Shown here: in pieces, positions 53,269-64,000 of the stretch
Position numbering within the stretch: position 1 is the stretch's first letter
Layout: each line of letters starts with the position of its first letter
NCBI RefSeq assembly: GCF_003704095.1
Contig: NW_020844806.1
Coordinates: 124,001 to 188,000, forward strand
Length of the DNA stretch: 64,000 bases
Direction of reading: 5' to 3'
Source of the DNA: Pocillopora damicornis
Taxonomy: Eukaryota
Position numbers and translations under genes: made by a program
Notes under the pieces: generated by a model
Told to the model about the DNA's origin: nothing
The model's input: only the letters and a program-made list of their open reading frames with translations
Database searches by the model: none

Positions 53269-53853
53269 ATGGAGAAGAAGGAGTCTTACCTTGATTCATT
53301 TGGAGAGCGCGAATTTACTTCGAATAACACGCAGGGTCGACGAGCGCTTTCTGATGGTGTTTGTTATACACGTATGGTTGAAGGACTCCTGCAGATCACG
53401 CCAGAAACTATCGTGAGTCAAGGACGCCTTACAGAATCGGGTAATCTTCACCAACAATTAAATCACAATCGCTCTCTTTTGCTCAAAATAAATAAGAAGC
53501 TTTTCGACGACGAATACCTCGAAAGGACGTCGATTCAAGAGTTGAACAAGAAACTTCGTCGGCTGCCTGAAGGGCTGATTCGGAAATTCAGAAAAAGGAG
53601 ACGAATTCTCAAGAATCGTAAATATGCTCTAAAGTGCCGACAGAAAGGAATAGAGCGACAGAGCTACATCGCACATGAAAATGCAGCCCTTGAGCGAGAA
53701 ATTCTCCAAGCAAATATGGAATTGAGAAAAGTTATCCAGGAAAGGGACAAATATCGACAGAAATACGAACGATTGATAGGTGCTGTTTCTACTTTGAATA
53801 CATCAAGAGAGTTTTCTATGGTGGACTATGGCAGAATTGTAACGGAGCCTTGA
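53269..53853 (+). CDS. Maf-type bZIP transcription factor, class A (copy 4), single-exon CDS, 194 aa
   Basis: EHR FDDEYLERTSIQELNKKLRRLP; basic region KRRRILKNRKYALKCRQK, matching copy 1 except one residue; zipper. Confidence 0.92.
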   Translation: MEKKESYLDSFGEREFTSNNTQGRRALSDGVCYTRMVEGLLQITPETIVSQGRLTESGNLHQQLNHNRSLLLKINKKLFDDEYLERTSIQELNKKLRRLPEGLIRKFRKRRRILKNRKYALKCRQKGIERQSYIAHENAALEREILQANMELRKVIQERDKYRQKYERLIGAVSTLNTSREFSMVDYGRIVTEP

Positions 53854-54000
53854 CTGAAAAAGGAACTTAAAACTTGCCAAATAATAATTTCCATCGCTCT
53901 ACTCTTATATATCATTTGATTTTTGTTGTCAATTTCTGTTATCCTTGGAACACTCTGGCTCCGAGACTCTTTCAATGCTTTCAAAAGCGAAAGATATTAC

Positions 54001-54030
54001 GGGATTCCCCCCCTACGTCATCTTCATTGG
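54001..54030 (+). promoter_or_regulatory. kB + CRE-like + inverted CCAAT upstream of Maf copy 5
   Basis: GGGATTCCCC 54001-54010, TACGTCA, ATTGG 54026-54030. Confidence 0.65.
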
Positions 54031-54179
54031 GCAGAGCTCTAAATCATTTCTGTCATTATTTCAAAACTTGATTGACAGCCGGAGAAAGTCACGTGAGGCA
54101 ATATCGCAGCATCGTAACTTTCGTATCCACGGCCATGTGCTCTCGGTACGTTCAGTAATAGACTGACAGCGGACAAAAC

Positions 54180-54701
54180 ATGACCGATGAAGAACTTTAT
54201 GTCGATTTTCCCAAAATGGACGACACTTTTGATGCTGGGTTGGCTGAAGATAAACCCAGTTCTTATTGGGTCGGCTTTGAACCGCTCGTTGCCGAGGAAG
54301 AAAGCTCTCTAACGCAGACGCACCTATATTCTGTGCGCCCAGATTGTAACACAACCAGCTCTACGCCTAGTGAGCAGATCACCGACTTGGAAATCGCAAC
54401 ACTCCCTATACGCGAACTTAACAAACGCATGAAGAACCTTCCCCAAGCAGAGGTATTGCAAATCAGAAAACGCAGGAGAAGCTTGAGAAACCGCGATTAC
54501 GCGACCAACTGCCGGCGAAGGCGTACAGCGGTTAAAGAGAGCTTGCTGACAGAAAATCAGCGATTGCAAGATCAGCTACGGGCGGCAAATGAAGTCCTTT
54601 CCAGAGCAGTAAAAGAAAGAGACTCTTACAAAAGAAAATTTTCAGAACTACATAAGGCGTATGTCACCTTTAATAGACCTAATGTTGCAAGAAAATGGTA
54701 A
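54180..54701 (+). CDS. Maf-type bZIP transcription factor, class C (copy 5), single-exon CDS, 173 aa
   Basis: EHR ITDLEIATLPIRELNKRMKNLP; basic region KRRRSLRNRDYATNCRRRR; RRTAVKESL matches copy 3 RRTALKESL; zipper. Confidence 0.92.
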   Translation: MTDEELYVDFPKMDDTFDAGLAEDKPSSYWVGFEPLVAEEESSLTQTHLYSVRPDCNTTSSTPSEQITDLEIATLPIRELNKRMKNLPQAEVLQIRKRRRSLRNRDYATNCRRRRTAVKESLLTENQRLQDQLRAANEVLSRAVKERDSYKRKFSELHKAYVTFNRPNVARKW

Positions 54702-57043
54702 CTTTCATGCAATGGCATTCAGTATTGGACCGACATATTAATTTGAGTAGATTCGATCACCGGTCTCACAGCCACAGAAACAATAATAATACGTGTTACT
54801 GGAACTTTCCTTCAAAATTTTATCATGTGAAGTCGAATTAAGGTTAGTGTGCTCCAAATGTATACCAATTACACGAGCTATTTTGAGTAATATTCCGAAA
54901 GAATTTCATCATCAGTCATATTTCTGAGGCTTATAACGCCTGGTTATTTCAATTGGAAATTCCGTAAACTATAGCTTTAGAGACTCAGACACAACTCTCG
55001 TGTTTAGACATTATAGTTGCTTTTTGAATGGCTTTGTATTTCAGTCAGTGATAAAATTAACTTTACTTCAATTCACTTGATAAGCAAGAATAACAAGCTT
55101 ATTCCATTTGAATATTTATTTTTAGACCTCTTTATAACGCGAAAAGTCTAATGTAATTCGAACAATTGCGTATACATATTGTTTGTTGTTCAGAAGGGGG
55201 AAAGTTCTACCTACCTACTACTAACAATGATATCTGTTATAAAATCCAAAACTTGCTGTGGAAATTTCGTTATAAGGTCGGTAAAGATTGATTCGTCAGT
55301 TAGAGAAAATGTCTCACTGAAAGATCATTTAATACTGTTGCTGACTGAAAAAAAGTCATTTTGTGTATTATATGATTGTGTCCGTAGGCGATATTTCTAG
55401 ATAAACAGGAAGGAATAAATTTTTGAACCAAATGAATTTAGAGATATTCATGTAATTTGAAGAAACTATACTCTACTTCAATTTGATGTTGCATGCTGTT
55501 AACAAATTATGTACAAACCTGGTGTTAATAGCTTTAATAAAAAAAGTTTTTTAGGTAAATTTTGTATGCAATTGATGTCTTCAACACAACGGCTTTGATT
55601 TCAGCTTAACTCACCCTGCTTACTTTGGGTCAAAGCATTAGACAAAAGATTTTTAAAGTTTTCCTTGAGTTTACGTTTACTGATACTGCACAACTTCAAG
55701 GTGCATGATTTATCAAAGGGAAATTTCTTTGAACTAACAAATTTCAGGCAAGCCAGCAGCATGAACAGTTTGTGATGTCTCGACAAAAGTTACAGACTTA
55801 AGCAAACGTTTTCTTTGGTAACAATATGATACTGCTACTCTTTATACGCTTAGGCTAGTGACTTTTCTTCAATCAAACCAAGTGCAACCTAGAAATATTG
55901 TGACTTTACCGAGATGAACTGCTAATCAATTGTAAGTTAAAAACACTGCAGATTTTCATCCGGTTTTGTCGCGGCTGATAGGTCTTCAGCACCCATTTAG
56001 TACATGAAAAGAAGCATTGTGAGAGTAAAGTGTCTTCGCCAAGAACACAACAATAAAATTGAAACAACTCACAACTAGAACCCAGCGAGTTGATCATGGA
56101 ACCATCGTGTCTCTCAAATCGTTTTTATCAATTTAGAACCATTCGTTCATAGGGAAACTTTTCAAGCATAATTACGATTCTCTAAAGCTCGTTGACTCTT
56201 AACGATAACAGGGACGTCCCCTCTACAAGAGATATTCAATTTCGTTTGGGTTTAAGAGACTAGAAAGTGTTAAACATGAGAACTTGAGACGCACATGAAT
56301 TTCGATTCATTGAATAAAAAGAAAATTTGACTTCTTCGGTCGATAGTCGCTTAAATTGAAATGTTTTTCCGACAGTGGTCGAAATGGACGTCAAGATATC
56401 AAATCCTTTAGGAGAAAGTTTTAATGCTGGCAAAGAAAATTTTAAGTAGACCCAACTATAAAAAATCAACGAGAGGGGAAAAAACCAAAGATCACAATAC
56501 TTCTTAAAATAGGCTTTCATAACATATCCACAAACACATGAGTGCTAGTTCGACTTTACAACAAAAAAGGATACGTTGTGAACATCTCTCAGTACCACAT
56601 GAAGACCTCGAGGAACCAAGAATATGAACAAACCGCACAACAGTGTCACATCCATGTAGCAAATTGTGTAAAACGGAATATACTCCTTTTGTGTGATTAT
56701 TTGTTTGATTGCTCGCAATGTTTTGTTTTGTTTTGCGATTTCCATGCCTACTAAGTTCAGTTCATCTCCGCCTTTGCATACGTTTATGCGGCTCTTTGCG
56801 TCAACAAATAGAATTTCATTATCCATGAATAGGTTCATTTCTAGACAGCAGTAAAAGAAGTAGAAGAAAAAGGAAGGATAGCCATTAAATCTGATTAATT
56901 TCCCAAATGAAAAAGAAAAGAAAAGAAACTTGGTTGGTTATAAGAGTCTCGTTAACCCTCATGTAAGACACGACTTGTAGATAGTTTGCGAGACTGATGT
57001 AATTTTTTCCATCACCTCGTTGCTGTGTATATACTCAGAAAGC

Positions 57044-57161
57044 TTCAAGAAAATTCTCAGAACAGGACCGCGCAAGGGAATTCCCCCCGAAATGAAAACG
57101 AAAGTTTTCCTGTTTCAGAAACTTAATAAGCTATTCAGCTGCGACATTGGGGGGAAAACCC
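57044..57161 (+). promoter_or_regulatory. HSE/GAS + kB + ISRE + CCAAT + second kB upstream of Maf copy 6
   Basis: TTCaaGAAaaTTC 57044-57056; TTCTCAGAA 57054-57062; GGGAATTCCC 57076-57085; GAAAACGAAAGT 57094-57105; ATTGG 57146; GGGAAAACCC 57152-57161. Confidence 0.7.
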
Positions 57162-57236
57162 TCAGAGACTTTCACTTAGTCATTGTGATTCGCTTCTGAA
57201 AAGGGAGAAATTGTTCATCGACGCTGCATTTGTCAT

Positions 57237-57788
57237 ATGATGGAGGAAGATTTTGATGCCCTGTTCGGTGTGTACTCCACCGATGCCATGAAACACGTTT
57301 TTGAAAACCTATGGACGGAAGAGAGTCTTCTATTTGAGGAAAACAATTCTACCTCCAACACAGATGGCGACATCCAAGATCTTTTCGACGGTGAAACAAG
57401 AAATGAAGAAAATTACTCATCTTCTGAATCTGAAACTGAGAGCTTGAATCCTTCGACGATAAGCGACGAACAAATTCAAAATCTCCGCGTGCAAGATCTC
57501 AACAAGCTTCTTCGGGACCTCCCGCGGGACGAGGCAGCAAAAATAAAGAAGCGAAGACGCAACTTGAAGAATCGAAACTATGCTTTGAATTGTCGCATTC
57601 GTAAACAGCAAAAATACGAAGATCTGCTAAACGAGAACTTCTCATTGAAAGAGCAACTGGAGAGTGAGAGAAGTCAGCTAAGAAATGTCTGGACAGAGAA
57701 AGAGGCGTTCAAGAAGAAATATCAGCATTTGCAGAAGTCTTTTGCTGTCTACATGCAAAGCAAGATATCTACCGAGCTGCCGGCATGA
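57237..57788 (+). CDS. Maf-type bZIP transcription factor, class B (copy 6), single-exon CDS, 183 aa
   Basis: MMEED start and DIQDLFDGET shared with copy 2; EHR ISDEQIQNLRVQDLNKLLRDLP; basic region KRRRNLKNRNYALNCRIRK; zipper. Confidence 0.93.
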   Translation: MMEEDFDALFGVYSTDAMKHVFENLWTEESLLFEENNSTSNTDGDIQDLFDGETRNEENYSSSESETESLNPSTISDEQIQNLRVQDLNKLLRDLPRDEAAKIKKRRRNLKNRNYALNCRIRKQQKYEDLLNENFSLKEQLESERSQLRNVWTEKEAFKKKYQHLQKSFAVYMQSKISTELPA

Positions 57789-59111
57789 TGCTAAGGGCTG
57801 ACAGTCTGTGTCCATGAGCAATTCGCTATTCTATTTCATTATTAAGACTTAAATTATTCACCGAACAGTGATTGATAAACTGTAATCCAGCAGGCACCAT
57901 TATTTAGCATGCGTATTAGCTATGTTTGAAATAATTCCAGAAAGTACCACTCTTACAATTAAATTAAGTACAATGCGGGGTACAAGGGCTTACCTTGAAA
58001 TATTTCCAAAAATAGCTTAAATGAATCATGACTATCAATCAAGTGTAGAGATGTCTAAAAAGTGAAATTTGCAAACAGTAGTAACTCTTATAAAAGAAAA
58101 AATAATTGTGAAATATTTGCTTTTTGTTTCCCAAGGAGTGAGAAATAGTTGCTGTCAGAATGTACTGAAGATATGTATAAACATGTAGTTTACAAATGCT
58201 ATCGGATATTTATCGAATTATTAATAAACAAAAACACCTGTAATAAAGAGAAATACAAAGGCATTTTTGTGTATGCATTCATATGTTATTGTCTTGATCA
58301 CATCAAACATGGATCACTGTTTCATAATGCTTAAGTCACTCGCACTACCCACCCCTCCCCTGGAAATAGCACCAGTATGTTATGTAGACAGGTTGTCTTC
58401 CATTTCTAGTTTCATCGTGCTATTCAATATTTTATAGGCTTGTCTCTCTTTGTCATCTAAACTCCAGCGAAAGAAATCTTGACGAGATCATCGTCCTTTT
58501 TTTTTCTTCAACTGGGTACCACGAGGATTCCACCAGTCCTATTTTCAAGGCAGTAAGAAGTAGCAATAGATAGCACAGTTATAACAGGCGTAGACAGTGT
58601 AAGTCAATGAAAGGTAAGAATCAAATAATCTCGTAAACGATATCTCATGATTTTTTTTTTGTAATTGAAGAACAGTCATCGATTCAATATGTACATAAGA
58701 ATCTGATATGTTGCTCGTGGCTTCATATTCTTTAGTTATTTCCATGAAATGATGAAAGTTCGTTTATAATGGTGATTGATCGAAGATAATTCAGTCACGG
58801 ATGGCTGAGAGTTCAAAGGTTTTTCTAGGTAAAGTAACGCTACTTTGTTATTTGATACCGAAACGAACCTTGGAGGCTTACTTAGATATAAAGTCATAAA
58901 CTGAGGTGAAATTAAATCTTTCAAGCAATACAGGCAACGGATTATAAAATTCCAGATCACGTCAAAACTTGATCCGGTCACATGCTCGAATGAATGAAAC
59001 CACTTGTTCAAGTGACACCCATTAATTCGTGAATTTATTGTGACATTTTGACATTTTTCCATCAGCTCTAGAAAATTGAAGACTGAAAAATAGTGGATAC
59101 GAGAAGGAGCC

Positions 59112-61062
59112 ATGCGATGCACTGACTTTATTTCATTGGTGTTGTCCGTGTCGTATGTCACCTGTGGAGGTATTTGGTGTACGTTATAATGAAATTGTTA
59201 CCTATTGTTACTCTGCCTTAGCAATTAGCAAGCCCCAAACTCCGATGTAAAAAAAAAAGTTGTTTGCGTCTTAGCACCATTTTGTCGATGATTTGTTGCA
59301 AGGGTTACAGCCTTGCCTACTCAGTCAGTTGACATGTTAACATATTATTCATCTTCTCTAGTGAGGCGAAATTAACGCTTGACTGCATATGAGATCTTTT
59401 AAACAAAGCGTTGACAAATGTCAATGATATTGAAGTGCGTGTGTCGCGCCTCCGCTTGATTTTTCAGTAAAAAAACGTGACGATGAAAGTGCTCTGAAGG
59501 TGGGTAGAATTAGATCTGCAGATTCGTTCCTTATCTCCGGACTGAACCCAAAATACCAGCTTTAAGTCCGTACAACGCATTAATTAAGTGTGTACTGAAC
59601 TGAAGCCGAAAAATATGTTACTACATCGAACATTTTAACACTGAAATCAGCAAAATAGAAGGGCGGAGGGAGGTAGCTTGCGAGAAAAGTGTGATAGAAA
59701 ACGAGGGAGACTAAATACATCGAAGAAAGGACCCTTGTCACTGTTGTTTAAAAAAAAACCTTGCCAATTTCTCTCGCTTGCTCATTCGCTCACCTCCAGT
59801 AACCAAGAGACTGATAAATTGATACCCTGGACTCCTTAAAAACAAACATTAAACTTGACTTAAAAATTTTGTCGTCTCTTACTGAATGCATTCCACTCAA
59901 TTGTCTTAGGTTATGAATACGTAGGTTGCTATAAAGATTCGGACCCCAGAGATCTCCCACAAAGAGTTCACGGCCGTGAAGTGACAGTAAAATCGTGCGC
60001 CAAGAGCTGCAAGGACCTGTTTTATAGATTCGCTGGCCTTCAGTTTTCATATCTCTGCTTCTGTGGTAACAAGCGAGGGCGGTACGGTCTGCTGCCGGAG
60101 TGGAAGTGTTCGAGTGAATGTACCAATAAAGAAGACAAGCATTGTGGAGGATACTGGAGTAACTCCATTTACAAAACAGGTGTAGTTGATATCAGAGCTC
60201 GCCGATAATTTCTTTGAAAGGTTATAACAAAATTGGCTCTCGAGTCAATCGTCGCATTTTGCTATAATCACTCCGCGTAAGGGGGTTATGTCACTAAAGC
60301 ATCAGAATTTGCATTCTCCACCGAAATTGCAACTGCTCTGATGATTGCCTGAGTTACTATACCAAGACAATTATCGCGGACTCAATGAACATCGTCGAAT
60401 AATTCCCATTCCAATACGTCTACAACTTCTGTTTAATTTGACTTTAGGTTATGATCCACCGGCTGGTGTCAAGATAACTCCACTGCTAACAAAAGCCTTA
60501 GCTGATCTCAAACCGCATGTAAATGCTACCAACCACACGAAGGTGAGCATGACAAACATGATGATGAAGAATTTCAAGCGGGTAGGGTTGTTCAAGAAAC
60601 AATTCATAAAAACAGAACGTGAAAGTAAATGTTTGGATTAGCTCCGCAGCTTTGCTATCATTTCACATTTCCCCTTTTTCATCTTTTGCTTTCTTGAAAT
60701 TGTTCTACACACAAGCTTGATTTTGGAAATAATCATTGATTCGAGGAAACGAGAAAACAATATTGCGCAGGGCAAGATAAACTCAGAACCGTAATGAGGA
60801 AATTTTAACCCGAGAAAGTAAGGTCTCTTTTTTTTGTCTTGATTGAATGTAACCCTCAATTGAAAAATTGTGCTTAATTTTATGAACTACATGCAAAAGA
60901 ACGAAAGCAGCGGCGAAACTAGTTCTGGCCCTTTTAATATAAAGAATAAAATATGAAAAAATGGGAGATCTCCCTGCAGTCTTAACGATGATATATGATC
61001 ATTATATGGGTTTTCATCCTAATTTACAGGAACACAAGAAGGCTAAAAGTACCAACCACTGA
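59112..61062 (+). CDS. Small secreted WSC-domain protein (~151 aa, 4 exons)
   Basis: Exons 59112-59169 (signal-like MRCTDFISLVLSVSYVTCG, GCCATG context), 59910-60179 (YVGCYKD..TVKSCAKSC..FAGLQFSYLCFCG..CSSEC..CGGYWSNSIY), 60448-60542, 61030-61062. Phases are consistent; the last exon is least certain. Confidence 0.8.
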
Positions 61063-64000
61063 CTGAAAGAGAGAACGGAACTCTGGCATCCCAGGACATA
61101 TCTCGCTGTTCTGTTTGTTTTCTTGGCTTGACTTCCTTGAATGTTTTAGATGTTGAATAAAACTGGTAGTGCTTTTTTCCTGAGCAAATCATTAAAACTG
61201 TGTAATGAAGAAAGTCGCCCGATCGTCCTTTTTCTCTTTTTCCCGTTTAATAACTGAAAGCCCACAACAGAGTACCTTTAAAACAAAGCAATCTACTTTC
61301 GTCCACACAAAGATTTTTGTTTTGGTCTCAGTCTTCCACAGAAAACGCATATTTTAAGATGTCTTCAGCTATCGTTGACAGTCACGCCCAAACAGATGAT
61401 ACAAACGACTGTCTTTTAAGTCTCCCTATAAACCTGTCCACGCTAAAAAAGCGAAGCTTTTTCAAGCCTATAGCTATACTGTAGGATGTTAAAAAATCTT
61501 AAATGAGAAGGATAACAACTGTATGAATTCAAAAGCGTATTTCTCCTCAAATTTAAATTTTTACTATTACTATTATTATTATTACTATTACCGTTAATAT
61601 TATTTTATTTCTTTTTTTTGTCGAGAAAAAAACTGTAATCGCCTCGATTTTTTTATTAAAAGGGAAGTTTTAGAAAAGAGAAATTTCGATTGCTGCCAGC
61701 AGAAGGCTCACCTTCCAGGAGGAGTATCGGCAGCTGTACCAGCCCCTTAACCTGTACCTTTGTCTCAAGAGGCAAAGTTCTCCCATCAAATCTTTCGACC
61801 GGCAATGTGACCTTTTTTCTGCAGTGTTATAAATGATAGCGTTTGAAATTAAGCTTTATAATTAAGGGGAAAACGGATGTATGTGTTTAAGTTAGATAAT
61901 ATTTTCCAACTGAGTTCATTCTCAGGGCACCAAACAAGTACTCTTCTCTTTAACAGTAAAACTACCAGTTTCAATCTATTGTGTTATCCACGAGATGTAA
62001 TGTCAATTCATCTCATTGTCAGTGATTAACTCTTGAACGTAAGGGAACATTTTGTCTTTCTCTAAATTATAACAAGAGGAATAAGCTTGCTTCTGAAATA
62101 TTTACTACATCAATTGAAATTTGATATATTTTTCGCTTCCCTATTCATCTAGTTTTGAGAGAAGACCTCAATTTCAAGAAAAAGTTACCAGACATGATAT
62201 TCGTCGTCACCCTTGGAAAGATTTTTAGTTTGACTTTCCCAAGAAATTACTATCTCCTGATTATAGGAATCATTTCTAGAAAGAAAAAACTCAAAACTAC
62301 AAGCCTATATGAAGAAACAACGCTAACCTAACGAATTCTACACTATTAACTTAAAATATATTCCCGAATCATTAATTTCAGTCAGTGTAATAAAACGAAA
62401 AAAAAGACAGTCGATTAGCAAGAGTCAAGTTAGAGACATGTTAACGATCTTAAAAAGAAACTGTCATTTCAAATGTTTATTTTTTAGGGTATGATTTAAC
62501 GGTTGATGTACCTTACAACCTAAGTGAAACCAACTCCTATGTATTCCTGACATGAGAAACAATTAAAGTGTTAACCTCAAATCAACCTTCAAACATATTT
62601 ATTCAACCGTTACATCTAGTGAAATATGTCTTCCGCGTAAGATATGATTATTTTTGCCTATTTGAGTGGATTTTGACAACTAAATACAAAATGTCATCTT
62701 GGTGAAGACAAGAGAGCAATGGTATTTTATTTCTGAAATTCAAAGTCGAAATTTTTCCGCCATTGTCAGATTTTACGGTTGAGCACTTTTGTTTAGCGTA
62801 ATATTTCTGAAACGGAAAATTGTAAAGAAAATTAACCTGAAAAAATATCAAATATATTTAGAGCTCCTTTTCATTTTTATGATATTGATATAATCTGTTA
62901 GGGCTGAGAGTTACAAGAGTGCATACAAAGATCACTGCAGTCAATCTGACTTTGGTATACAACTGAAAAACATAATATGCCAAGCAATGAATAGAAAAGA
63001 TCACTTGTTCTCTCATAATTGTTTTTGTTTCCTTCTTTATAAATTTGGTCAGCAGGTAATTTCACATGGTCGTTAAGTCCTCCCTGGTCAGGCAAATCAA
63101 TGTTTAATCACAGTCCTGCGTAAAAAAGGCCAGTTCGTTCTTCCGAGAGATCATTAATATTGAATTTCTTTTGTTACGAGAAAAATAATTTTGAGGGACG
63201 TGAAGCTCTCTTCCACCAACGATCAGGAGAAATATATAGCTGCTCTCAAATGACGTGATTCTAGCAAAAATAGCAAGAAAAGCGTTCTAAAAAACTGGAT
63301 TTTATTGGGTCGAAACTTGTGCTTTAGGAACTTAGAGGTAAGGCAAATTCCAGTGTTTATGAATGTGTAGTCTGATAAGTCAGATCCAAAAATTGATCGG
63401 AGTTCGAAAAATGTTTACACGTCTCTAACTCCGCGTTCAGTCTTAAATCTTATAACTTAATTTCACTACTTACAATCAAAATTGATCATGATATGTGTTT
63501 CTGAGAGATCTCAAAGATTTAAACTTTAAACTTGTAAATGAAGCTGACGTTTGTCAACAATTTTCTGACTAAAAATTTACGAAAATTATAAATAACCAGT
63601 TCTCTAAAAGAAATACGGTTTCAGCCCATTGGGATAAAACTTGTATGATTGTCAAATGCTGAAATAGATCATTGCGGTAAACGAAAAATCAAAGTATTTG
63701 GAATTTGAATACAACAGCTAAGTTCAAATCAGTTGGATTGAGCTGCTTTTCTGGTTGTCAAACCACCTGCAGTAAGGTCCGCCATTTTGTATAAGATCGT
63801 ACTGAGATTCCTCCACTAAACAACTTCTAAATAAATTTAGACAAATTTTCGTTTTTAAATCATCTCAAATACGCCTTTTTTAAATACAGCTTCATTCTCT
63901 TTTCTCGTGGATTTGAAGCTGAGAAGATTCTAACGCTCATTACTCGCTGAAATTTTAAGTTATGAGTTTCAAAATTATGACATTTCTAATTTGTGATAAG

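Noticed and set aside
1-64000. CRISPR arrays, rRNA/tRNA, prokaryotic operons
   Set aside because: No repeat-spacer structure or recognisable RNA genes; spliceosomal gene structures show the DNA is eukaryotic.

Overview
Eukaryotic, AT-rich, intron-containing animal DNA; gene content and repeat style suggest an anthozoan or stony coral (inference). Left to right: (1) a 14-coding-exon minus-strand gene, assembled by hand, encoding a ~425-aa VWA + 2x MIB/HERC2 protein that ends in a CaaX box and hosts an internally deleted THAP/ISL2EU-like transposon in an intron; (2) a small divergently oriented, motif-rich ORF; (3) an ATF7IP/MCAF-like gene; (4) several MITEs and non-autonomous DNA elements; (5) a ~15-kb cluster of six Maf-type bZIP genes, each with an uninterrupted CDS, in three paralog classes, three per strand, diverging from a central region; (6) a small secreted WSC-domain gene. 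The cluster is the highlight. Every gene has a palindromic or near-palindromic NF-kB-type site just upstream, usually with a CCAAT box. The central region is dense in kB and IRF-type motifs, and the class-B pair shares a conserved HSE/STAT-like element. This looks like a co-regulated, immune- or stress-inducible bZIP array, but that function is inferred from motifs only. No rRNA, tRNA or CRISPR seen. Two 10-N gaps: 32701-32710 and 47413-47422.
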